64,000 bases of DNA from Heptranchias perlo (Eukaryota): the NCBI RefSeq assembly GCF_035084215.1, contig NW_027139442.1, positions 4,526,001-4,590,000 on the forward strand, in the 5' to 3' direction. Positions 25,670-36,199 of this stretch are shown in pieces. Position numbers and translations under genes: made by a program. Position 1 is the stretch's first letter; every line of letters starts with the position of its first letter. Below the pieces are notes generated by a model. The model saw only the letters and a list, made by a program, of their open reading frames with translations. It had not been told where the DNA came from and made no database searches.

Positions 25670-26950
25670 GGGGCGCTCTTCAGAGGTTTGGGTTGAGGCA
25701 CTTGGTTGTTGCATTTGTCTCTGCTGCGCCTGATATTTGAGAGTTTGATGCTGGCACGGAGGTCCTGAAGTGGGAAAAGGCTCATTCGCAGCATTGGAGT
25801 TCCTGACCATGATGTGAGCCAAAATTCCATTCCAAGCAAATGATTTACGGTGTTGTTCTGGGTATGTATTCCATTCTAGCCCCTTAATTCTGAATTCACT
25901 ATGTAAGATTCAAACGTTGCCATGTTGGACCCTTGCAACATTCCAATCCATATGTTATTCCAGGTTGTATAAAACTCAGTGTTGTTGCTTTCATTGTGGA
26001 GACCGACTGATTTGCTCCCAGCCTCTTTTTCCGTTCTCAGTCTTTGAATGATTCCGGGTTCCTCTTGAATGGCGGAGCATGTGACTCATTTGCCGTTCCT
26101 CACAGTTCTAGGGTGTCAAAGTATTCCTTTTAGAAAATTGATAAATCGCTTTTTTACTGTTGTTTGCTGAGTCGTGAAACAGTTTTACATGAAAAGTATA
26201 GGATTCCCGGACTGTGGTGCAGCTGAATGGACAACTGTTAAGCGGGAGAGTGGGACTGAATCTGGCGGTATCCGATATCCGGTAGCTCAGTGGATAAAAT
26301 CAACTCGTGGTTTGATGTGGAGCCCTCTGAATTTGAAAGCTATCAGAGCGGTTACTTATGTGTGATGAATTCTCAGTGGTAACGGTGAGGGAGTGCAACT
26401 CGTGCATGTTTATGGAAAAGGTGAGCGATTAGCGGGGAGAGAGAAGCAGAGAGAGTCGCCGGTGCTTATCGCGACCCCGTGGCTCCGATTGCAAAGTGCC
26501 GAGCAGTGGACGTTGGCTGAGGACACTATCAAGTTCCGTGCTCACACCTTCTGTTGTTGAACTGTTCGCGGACAAACAACGTCTGAGCTCAGAGATGGAA
26601 AGTGTCCACTCTGCCGAAGGGGAAAAGGCGCCGCCGTTAGAATCGTGTTCCAGGGTGAGTCGCCTCTTTCATAGAAGGAAAATGAAAGAGAGATAAAGCG
26701 CACAAGCTTTTTCTGCTAATGCACGATTTAAGATCATGAGGTTTCACCGTTTTTTTTTTACTATTTATAACTCACTGTTAAATGCACTGAACAGGGCAGG
26801 AATGGAAAGGAAATCCGGCGCGGTGTAAAACGGGCTGCGACTTCCTATTAACCCATTTTGTTATATCAATGAACCAATTTCATTCCAGTTATGGCGAAGG
26901 CATTCTGGGGGTAAAATTAGGCGGGTGCATGAAACCGGCGGAATCCAATC
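25670..26950 (+). repeat. Right arm of the ~1.3-kb inverted duplication
   Basis: Diverged inverted copy of 21600-22900. It stops at a CR1 fragment (~26960) just before the position of the leader exon. Confidence 0.8.
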
Positions 26951-27081
26951 GGCTCCAGAGAGCTTTGGGAAATTATGACTAATGCATCTGCAATTTCCCC
27001 ACCCGTTTCCTTTAATACCCTAGAGTGGAAACAATCAGGTCCTGGAGATTTTATTATTTGTTTGCAGTTATTTATTTATCG

Positions 27082-27553
27082 GACTGTGTGTATAACAGGA
27101 CTGAGTGTCCCAGCACTGACTGTGTGCACAATAGGACTGACAGTCCCAGCACTGACTGTGTGTTTAAAAAGACTATTGTGCCTTAGCGCTGACAGTGTGT
27201 ATAACAGGACTGAGTGTCCCAGCACTGACAGTGTGGATAACAGGACTGAGTGTCCCAGCATTGACTGTGTGAGTAACAGGGCTGAGTGCCCCAGCGCTGA
27301 CAGTGTGTATAACAGGACTGAGTGTCCCAGCATTGAATGTGTGAGCAACAGGGCTGAGTGCCCCAGCGCTGACAGTATGTATAACAGGACTGAGTGTCCC
27401 AGCATTGACTGTGTGAGGAACAGGGCTGAGTGTTCCAGCGCTGACAGTGTGTATAACAGGACTGAGTGTCCCAGCATTGACTGTGTGAGTAACAGGGCTG
27501 AGTGTCCCAGCGCTAACAGTGTGTATAACAGGAATGAATGTCCCAGCACTGAC
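27082..27553. repeat. 36-bp minisatellite (~13 copies, partly as 72-bp dimers)
   Basis: Unit TGTGTGTATAACAGGACTGAGTGTCCCAGCACTGAC; explains the 12-aa repeat ORFs. Confidence 0.95.
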
Positions 27554-27783
27554 GGTTCTTAGAATGCACATGGGGTGTGGAGGAGATAAATGGGTGGGGT
27601 CGATTCGATGATAGGGTGGAGTGACATGGGGTTGTCAGAAGTGATGAAAAACAGTTGGAGGAGGTTACAGAGATAGGGAGGGGGCGACGACCATGGAGGG
27701 TTTTGAACACAAGGATGCGGATTATAAAATCGAGGCATTGCCGGAACGGGAGCCAATGTAGTAACACACGAACAGAAACTTAC

Positions 27784-27901
27784 GGTTCACTGCCCGGCAG
27801 ACAGGTGGAGAAGACATTGATGTCCGCGGGGGAACAGTCAGGGTCACAGCAGCAGTCGAGTTCACTGACTCCGACAGCCAGGTCACAGGTACAAACGGGA
27901 A
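27784..27901 (-). pseudogene. Tectonic (TCTN3-like) N-terminal Cys-rich exon, orphan fragment, left copy
   Basis: 118-nt exon cgcAG|...|GTAAGT encoding VPVCTCDLAVGVSELDCCCDPDCSPADINVFSTCLPGSEP. Matches the Tectonic C-x-CDL...C-D-x-x-CCCD-x-DC signature with one Cys->Ser. No further Tectonic exons seen. Confidence 0.75.
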
Positions 27902-28104
27902 CTGCGAAAGAAGACACACACAGAGATCGTACAACAGAGCACGGACAGTCTCAAAGACCACCTCCCTCCCTTGTCTGAATCCACGATCGCCGTCTTCACC
28001 ATCTCCCAAAATCAATCTGCAGACTGATCCTCCCACTGCTTTCTACTCACCGAATTACAGCTTCCAAATACCCAGCACAACACACTTAATAAAAAATAAT
28101 CATT

Positions 28105-28705
28105 ATGTGGAGAGAATAGAGAAGCTGAGATTACTCTCTTTAGACCAGAGAAGGTTAAGGGGGGATTGACCAGTGTGGTACCGTGGATGAGGGACTTCAG
28201 TTACGTGGAGAGACTGGAGAAGCTGGGATTGTTCTCCTTGGAGCAGAGACAGTAAAGGGGAGATTAAATAGAGGGGTTCAAAATGAGGAGGGGTTTCGAT
28301 GTATTAGATGGGGAGAAACTGTTGCCACTGGCGAGAGGGTCGGTAACCAGAGGACACAGATTGAAGGGAATTGGGAAAAGAGCCAGAGGGAGATGAGGAG
28401 AATGTTTTTAGGCAGCGAGTTGTTCTGATCTGGAATTCATTGCGTGAAAGGGCGGTGGGAACAGTTTCAATAATAACTTTCAAAAGGGAATCGGATCAAT
28501 CCTTGAAGGGGGTAAATTTGCGGGACTGTGGGGAAAGAGCAGGGGAGTGGGACTAATGAGGTCGCTCTTTCACTGAGCCGGCACGGTCGCGCTGGGCCGA
28601 GCGGCAACTTTCACAGAGCCGGCACAGGCGCAATGGGCCGAGCGGCCTCTTTCACAGAGCCGGCACAGGCGCGATAGGCCGAGCGGCCTCTCTATGTGCT
28701 GTTTG
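28105..28705 (+). mobile_element. CR1 3' fragment with triplicated 41-bp 3'-UTR unit (28565-28690)
   Basis: CR1 C-terminal motifs; unit CTTTCACAGAGCCGGCACAGGCGCGATGGGCCGAGCGGCCT x3. Confidence 0.8.
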
Positions 28706-28739
28706 ATTATCGCTCACTTTTGTCTCCGACCCACGGCCC

Positions 28740-29200
28740 ATTTGACTTGGAGGCGGCAGAGTGACTGCCCCCCGAGCCCATCTGGACATCGGGCGCTGCC
28801 AGAGTGGAGATTCACGGGGCCCGCAGGAAGGCCCGAGTAACTCCGCCCGTCTCCCCATTACCACCCCTCCGCCCCCCCGCTCTCTCCTCTCAGCAAACTC
28901 CCCGGGGTGCGGGCTCTCCCTCTGTCGGCCTCGCCCCGCCCAAAGCAGCTCCCACCCGCCCGCCGGCCGGAGACCGCCATCATCATATGCCCGGCGCCGT
29001 CCTGTTGCTAAGGGAACGCGGCACAGAAAAAGCGCGGCGCATGCGCGGCGTCCCTCGGACCGTAGCGTCACGTACGCGCCGTGACGTCAGCGCGCAAAGG
29101 GGAGAAACGCTGTCGCGTGTCACGTGATGGGAAGAGAGGCGGAGGAGGTGAGAGCTGTTCATCAAAGGGCCAGCATATCGCACTCACTGCGCGCACGGTT
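28740..29200 (-). promoter_or_regulatory. CpG-island promoter / decayed first exon upstream of the left Tectonic fragment
   Basis: Very CpG-rich. X-box-like GTTGCTAAGGGAAC (29004-29017), NRF1-like GCGCATGCGC (29037-29046), CRE TGACGTCA (29082-29089), E-box GTCACGTGA (29119-29127), and ATGATGATGGCGG at 28986 (minus). Confidence 0.65.
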
Positions 29201-30014
29201 TGGAGAATTTCTTTGGAATGCATAATGTGCAAGAATGAAATAAAAATAGAAATCGACAAAAAAGGAATAAACTGCAAATACAATAATCTGAATTTAAAAC
29301 GGAAATGTCTAAACTCACATAAGGCTGATGGTCTGGGTCCTCCTGCCAATATTAAGTCTTCTCTACCTGGGGATTAGGATGAGCAGAATGATTGAATGTA
29401 ACCTTTTTAATGCAGAGGGTGCTGAATGGATGGAATGGAGCAGCAAGGGAGGCAGTGGTGCCTGATTGTATCAGCAAATTCCAAAAAGATGGCGAAGTAC
29501 CTGATAGCGATACCTTGGGATACGACAGCCTCGAAATTTAACATCATTTTTGGTACATGTGCACTAGTTTTTAGTGATTGCTGTACCGAGACACCTAAGC
29601 CCCTTTGCTTCTCTACAGTCCCTAGTTTCTCACCATTAAGAAAATTCTCCTATTTCTCACTTGGTACCAACAATAGAATTACAGAGAATGTACAGAAGGC
29701 CGGTGTTTATGCTCTACATGAACCTCCTGTCACCCTTCTTCATCTAACCCTATCAGCATATATTTCTGTTCCTTGGAATATGACAGCCTCGAAATTGCGG
29801 TGTTCAATGTTATTTTTGGTACATGTGCACTAGCTTTCCACTCTTCACCATCCAATAATAACAGACTTTTACTGATTTGTGTACCGACACACCAAAGCCC
29901 CTTTGCTCCTCTACAGTCCCTATAGATGCTCCTTGTATTACTCCCCACATCTTTAGTCTGGTCGTATTTACTCTGTTCACTGTCCAATAACAACAGAGAC
30001 GGTGAGACTGGAAT

Positions 30015-30270
30015 TTTTTTTGTATTTCAAAATATAGTTTATTTCATAAAATTTTTGGACACACACATTTCAATGTAAATATCACAGATACAATTCAAAA
30101 CAATACAATAAGAATCGTACGCACTACGGATTCCATTTTTACAATTCAAACACAGTACATATTTTAGAAGACATGATGTACAATAGAAGGTGAAATGGCC
30201 TTAAACAGTGACATTTCCCCATAGAGCCTTTGTGTGAGCCGCACCTCGCTTCAGTGTGTCCCACAGCTGC
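30015..30270 (-). mobile_element. Tx1-type 3' end fragment (left arm)
   Basis: Reverse-complement similarity to the 3' end/UTR at 52240-52490. Confidence 0.65.
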
Positions 30271-31706
30271 TGGGGGCTGATCTCCTCTCCGACTCCATGG
30301 TATAGCGAGTCCTGTCTCTATGGAGGGGGGTTATCAGCTTTTACCTGAATACACGGGTCCATTCACCTACATTCATGTTAGTGTTTGTCAAACACCGTCT
30401 GATGTCGTTCACACACCTGTCGAACCTTAGGGTCAGAGACGTGGAAGGTAATTTCATCTTCTCTGCTTGGGCACTAAATTGAAGGAGCAGAAATTAAAAT
30501 CGGGACGGTTCGATAAGGGGCGGATGATCCGCTCGACCAGTTCAGCCCCCGGCGATGGTGAAATTTTCCCTCCACGTGTTGTGAACTGATGCAGTTTGCA
30601 CATCGGACCAGCTTGTGGGCGTCGAAGATTGATACTTCTGCATAGGTCAGGAAAGATGTGGCCAATTTGAAGCATCATCGCCTGGCGGAAATGGGGTGGA
30701 TGAGGCTAGTAAATGGTGTCAGGTCAATTATTGCCCCTTTAACACTCTGGTTCCTGCCTCCACCATCGTGGGGAGGGTCCTGAGAAGAGCGGCCGGAGCA
30801 ACACGCACTTGTTTCCGGTCAGACCACGTGTAATATGTAAATCAGAGCTTTATGACGTGCACTGGAAACCATTTAATGTTGGGCAAAAATGGGTGGAGGA
30901 GGCGCCCTTTCGATGGGTATTGAGTGGTCCAGAACTCTGAGAAGTTTATTTTTAACATATATTTTGTGGGGCAAGGAGGAGAAGGAGAGCTTTCCCTTGG
31001 CTTGATGCGGCTGTGAGAAATCTCCCGGCCCCTGATCGTCTCAGAAATGTATCAGGAGGTTTCCTTATAGATCTGTGTAACCAGGCCCAGCCTCATGTCC
31101 CATTAAACTCCCTGCAGTGAGTAAACATTGCTGCACAGCAGCTCAGAGAGGAAACGATCTCCGGAACTGCCCACTGGAGTTTGAAATTACATTAATATTT
31201 TACCAGTTAGTAACGGTCCGGGTGTTGGTCATTATTCTTCTGTTCTGGTCAAAACAAATGTCCCAATGAACAGGACGCTGTCTGACTCTGACAGCTCACC
31301 CTCAGTCCATCCCATCGGGCAGTGTGTGTGATGGGAAATAATAATCAACCGAAAAGGAGGATTTGATTTTATTCATTTCAGGATTAAACATTTAAAATTG
31401 AAATCATATTATTTCCAAACTAAAACAGCAAAACATTTCATGTTAGAATCACATCTTTTATCATTTCACAACACCGCATTTGTCGGGTAAAATATTATTC
31501 CTGTCTGGTGTTTACAAATTTATTTGAATTATTGGATTGATATCAGTTACTTTAGTGAACACATTGAAGTCAATGGATCGTAAAATCAGGGGCGGTGAAT
31601 AACGGGCGCAGGATCCGCTACCGCCCGTCTAACACCACCGCCAAACATGAAAATCTACTCTCATTGACGTTTTATATAATTTTGAATGAAATGTAATTAG
31701 ATGTTT

Positions 31707-32596
31707 CTATGATTTAACGAATGTAACAATTAGATTCAGGGCGTATTTCACCCCGTTCTTCAGCTCCTCTCTGAATTTAGTCTGGGTCACAGCATAAATA
31801 CACGTGTTGGTGCAGGAACTGAGAAGTTGAAGCATGAATCCGGCTGACTCAATGTCACTGACCGTATAATACTGGGCGTTTGTTGTATGCAGAGAGATAA
31901 CATAAAAAACGTCTGTGCTCCATAACAATATAAAACTGCCTGATATACTGAAGAGTAAAATGATGGAATTCCTTCGGTTCTCCGTCTCTGGATCCTTGTG
32001 ATTCCCCCCATCACTGCGGCCCCGGAGTCCCCTGTGGATTCTATTTGCCGCTAAAATGTGCCTGGCGGTCAGAGCATTGAACAGAAAAATCAGAATGAAC
32101 GGGAGGCAAGGAGTTAACACAAGATTAAACAAGTCAAACGCTGCCCATGCGGGTGAAGTGAAAAAGGTCGGTTTCAAGACACAACCCCGAAGTACATTGT
32201 CCATTATATATTCCGGGTCAAATACAAAGTACCAGTGAATAATGCGGAAAAAGCTCAGCGCACTCACCACCCCGATAACAATAGCCGTCGTTTTCTCGTT
32301 GCAATATTTAGTTTTCAGCTTCTGACAACAAATGGCAACAAATCGATCAAAGGTGAAAACAACTGTGAACCAGACAGAGGCCGCTGTGTTAATTAAACTC
32401 AATATTTCAATGAGACGGCACACGGGGGTAATGCTCAAGAATGAAACTGTGAAATAAATATCAACAATGCGCCACATTATGACATCAGTGATAACGACCA
32501 GGAGATCGGCCGCTGCCATTCCCACCAGGTAGCGAGTGATACATTTGGAGAGTCCGCACTTTCCTCGGGATATGATCACAATCGCCATCAAGTTAA
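31707..32596 (-). CDS. GPR139/GPR142-like class A GPCR, copy 1, exon 2 (TM1 end to stop)
   Basis: 890-nt open exon after cttacAG. Hydrophobic TM segments, MAAADLL (TM2), FTFDRFVAIC (TM3), NTCIYAVTQTKFR (TM7/H8). With exon 1 gives 319 aa. Confidence 0.92.
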
Positions 32597-33598
32597 CTGT
32601 AAGAGAGAGAAACGGAAGCAGAGAAATTACTGATCAGACCTGGAGCCAAAGCAGCAGTTTGAAAGGATCTGGGGTAAAATTTCCAGATTTGTTGTTGCTT
32701 CAAACGGTGGGAACTGATTCACTGACCTGGGCAGCACCTTCGGGCAGAGAAATGTTTTTTAAACACAATTATCAATAATGAATTGGGAAATTGACACAGG
32801 AAGTGAATAAAGTGAGCACCGGATCCACTGAAAGGGCCAAGTGAGGGCGCAGTGCCGGTCGGGAAGAGAGAAGGTGTTTAAAGGCCGGGAATCCAATGGG
32901 TTAAATCAGTTTTTGCGCTCCAAATGGATGAGAAAGTGAGCGAAGGGCCGTGAAGATTAGGGGAGAGGGGAAGATGCGGCTGATTTGTTGCTCTGGGTTA
33001 AGAGAGCCGACAGTCGCTGGCGCTGAACGGGAAAGACCGAGATCCGTGGCGGTGTGTTTGAGGTTTCAGATCGGATTGGAGGCAGCTGGATGCCGAGCCA
33101 GTGAGTGAGATTCGGAGGGCGACAAGGAAAAGGACATGCAGGAGCTGGCGGGGAGTCAGGAGCAGATGATTTGGGAAAACGAATAAACTGATGCAACGGA
33201 TGAGGAGACAGAGGATTCAATGCAGTGGGAGGAGAGGCTCGGATTCACAGGGAGAGACTGCTGATTGTAAGAGGAAATCTAATCTATAGGTCCCAGTAAC
33301 ACAACGCAAAAAATGAATTCAACCTTTAATTTCTATCGTTATTGGCTTCAGGGAACATTTCGTTGTTTATATAATGTTTTCAATAAATTTACCTTGCACA
33401 TTCAATTAAATTTAATTAAAATGCATTGATTGAATTAGCTTCATTCTTTATTGAATTAAGCTGACACATAGCTTCTAGAATTCAGTATCTCAATAATTCA
33501 ATGCGATAAAGAAATCAATGATGTATTTCTTTATATAGATTCTAATTATATTTATGCATCCAGTCAGTAAACAAGTAAACGGAACATTCACATAAACA

Positions 33599-34127
33599 AA
33601 TGTAAGGAATCTTACAACACCAGGTTATAGTCCAAAAGTTTTATTTGAAAACCACATGCTTTCGGAGGCTTTCTCCTTTGTCAGGTGAGTGTGGGATTCC
33701 ATGGAAGGTACCGCACATATAGTCAGAGAACAATACCAGTTGATTACAGATAATCTTTCCAACTGCCCGTTATCAAGGCAATCAAAGGAGTGTTCAGACA
33801 GAGAGACATTACATAAAGGACCACTGAATATAAAAACGATCAGAACCCAAAGACAGAGAGAGAGAGAGAGAGAGAAACATCAATGTCTCGCTGTCTGAAC
33901 ACTCCTTTGATTGCCTTGATAACGGACAGTTGGAAAGATTATCTGTAACCACTAGGCATTGTTCACTGACGATATATGCAGTACCTTCCATGGAATCCCA
34001 TACTCACCTGACGAAGGAGAAAGCCTCCGAAAGCTTGTGATTTTCAAATAAAACTGTTGGACTATAACCTGGTGTTGTAAGATTCCTTCACTTTGTCCAC
34101 CCCAGTCCATCACCGGCATCTCCACAT
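33599..34127. mobile_element. Penelope-like element remnant (inverted terminal/pLTR arms) in the GPCR copy 1 intron
   Basis: ~205-bp inverted arms (33603-33810 / 33882-34088) around a (GA)n spacer. 14-bp direct repeat CATTCACATAAACA at 33585-33598 and 34128-34141, present once at the paralogous empty site (~55540-55553). Confidence 0.8.
34004..34040 (+). ncRNA. Minimal type I hammerhead ribozyme motif of the Penelope-like element
   Basis: TCAC-CTGACGA-A-GGAG(AAAGC)CTCC-GAAA-GC-TT-GTGA: stem I TCAC/GTGA, CUGANGA and GAAA cores, stem II GGAG/CTCC, palindromic AGCT mini-stem III. Confidence 0.65.
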
Positions 34128-35709
34128 CATTCACATAAACAGACTGAGGACCTCATGGTGATAAACACACCGGGAGAGAGTACAATAAAACTCTCACAAC
34201 CTGACAACATCCTAGTAACACCGTCAATTCACATTTCCTCTTCAAAATTGTCGTGGAAGTTTCAGCAGTTCATTCCGATGAATTATTCACACCACTGCCG
34301 CTCTGCCTCTTCCTCTCTCTCCTCGTTCTGTGTGCATGTCTTTCTCTCTCTGTCATTTTGTCTCGTTCCTTCTCCCCTCTCTCTCCTTTTCCTTCTCAGT
34401 CTCTTTCTCTATTACTCCTCTCTATCTCTCCGCACTCTCTCTACTCTCTTTCTCAATGCCGCTTTTCACATCCGAGTAAATCCTAACACCCTGGGCCTGC
34501 TTTCTCTCCACCAGCCCCGTATTCCAACGATCCTATTCTTAGTGTCAGTTTGTTAAATGGTGAAGCCCCTGTGAAGAGTTTAATGCTTCTACAGATCATT
34601 CAATTCTCCACCTGTTCACCGACACTGTTCACTTCATGTACAATGCATGGAATAAACAGAATCAATTGTCTCTTCCGGACACCTCACAATAATTGAAATT
34701 CCTTCTCCTGTAATTACAAAGTACAGCGTTAGATGGCGGCATTGTTCAATTAACAAAACGCCAACATGACCGCTGCAACTTATAATCTACAGATAAATCA
34801 AAGGGCTCATGATTCCAACAGATAAAGTCCAAACTGATCCAAAATAAACTCAAAACATTGCATTTTACAGTGAATTCATCCACAGTGAAGCAGAGAATGA
34901 GATGTGAAAGAATCAGCAGCAAAATCAGTTCAGTAACCAGACCTCCGGCGCTGCGTCAGATATGCATACAATGAAATAATATTTATTAACAGTGATAACC
35001 AATAAATACATTGAAATCCTAGTTGAACTGAACCATTTTAATTTGGAGGGAGGACATTGCGCTGCGTCCTTGGAACACAGAGTCCGTGAGATGTCTCATT
35101 ATCAATCATTGAAAACACATTTACAGAGAAATATTCCAGGACAGGTTGGTTTCACAACATGAAACTGTTAACAACTTCTGATAGTCTGATACCAGCTCTT
35201 AGCCCAGACACCTGATTCCAATACATTCAGTACAGAGAATGATCCAGTAACAATGCCAGGGTTGGATAAATAAAGTTCACTGCAGATATAATGCAATTGC
35301 AACACGACCGAACGTTTAAAATTTAAAGACATACCATTATTCCACAATACTTTCAGTACAGAGAATAATCCATTAATAATGCCAGCGATTGATATGCAAA
35401 GATCATAACAGATTAAATGCAGCTGCTACAAGACCGACGGTTTTGAAGTTAACGGCATATGATTATTCAACAATTCATTCAGTACAGGGAATAATCGAGT
35501 CGCAATACCAGCTTTGGATATACAGCATTCATTGCAGATATAATGCAGCTCCTACAAGACCGAAAGAGCAGAGACTTTAAACATTCCATCATTCAACTGA
35601 TAGAACAGAAGAGGTGGCTGTGTAAAACATGGTGGAAGAAAAAAATTGCCAAGTACAGCAGCACAGTTAACAGCGATTTACAACATTCACAGATGAAATA
35701 ACGGCTTAC

Positions 35710-35779
35710 CTGGAACTCCAATGGCTGCAAGGATAGGATAGTAAAGGCGTTCTATCTGAATTATTACTGGATATCCCAT
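35710..35779 (-). CDS. GPR139-like GPCR copy 1, exon 1 (MGYPVIIQIERLYYPILAAIGVP|G)
   Basis: 70 nt, ATG at 35779, donor CCAG|GTAAG phase 1, joins exon 2 in frame (GVP-V-NL); paralogous to 54228-54297. Confidence 0.88.
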
Positions 35780-35864
35780 TTCTGTGAGAACCAGTGACTT
35801 CTGTTGACCTGCAAACCGCAGCTCCGGCAGGCACTCTGAGCTGATACATTGCAACAAGCTCTGA

Positions 35865-35870
35865 TTTATA
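35865..35870 (-). promoter_or_regulatory. Candidate TATA box of GPCR copy 1
   Basis: TATAAA ~90 nt upstream of the ATG, conserved at the same position in copy 2. Confidence 0.45.
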
Positions 35871-36199
35871 GAGGAGATAAATCTCCACTGACACGGTTAT
35901 ACCCCTGATCATTGTTATTAGTTACAGTCATTTGAATAAACACATTACATCAGCAGTGTAACCCAGGGATGTAACAGGAACTGGATATTCGTGTTTCTTT
36001 ACATGTGTCACATGCCTTACCAATCTTTCAATATTCGGACACAGGAAACACTTGTTAAGATGAAACAGATCCCAATGGATTAACTGCTTCACTTCACACC
36101 AGGTATACTCACAAACCAATCGGTATCATTGGCTTGAAAAATTCAATCAGTTCAACTTAAATGAACATAATAATATAAAATAAAGGATATGCTGCACTT

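Larger units (their letters stand above)
27640..35975 (-). repeat. Left arm of a large inverted segmental duplication (GPCR + Tx1 3' tail + CpG promoter + Tectonic exon)
   Basis: Colinear reverse-complement similarity to 54030-60420 across promoter, intron, CDS, 3' flank and Tectonic exon. Confidence 0.88.

Noticed and set aside
26278-26350. tRNA gene starting GGTAGCTCAGTGGATAAA
   Set aside because: Only an A-box-like stretch; no B box or cloverleaf, and the inverted paralogue differs there.
26975-27571. Cys-rich repetitive ORFs of 132-195 aa
   Set aside because: Open on both strands simply because the 36-bp unit is a multiple of three; no splice or promoter support.
28652-29377. Arg/Pro/Gly-rich ORFs on both strands
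   Set aside because: Typical stop-poor CpG-island artefacts; frames are not conserved in the paralogous island.
34290-34460. Hydrophobic 133-aa ORF resembling a membrane protein
   Set aside because: Translation of a CT-rich low-complexity tract in the GPCR intron.
35706-35912. Conserved 68-aa ORF (MIRGITVSVEIY...) present in both arms
   Set aside because: It overlaps the TATA region and GPCR exon 1 in another frame and ends at the splice donor; its conservation is explained by the duplication.
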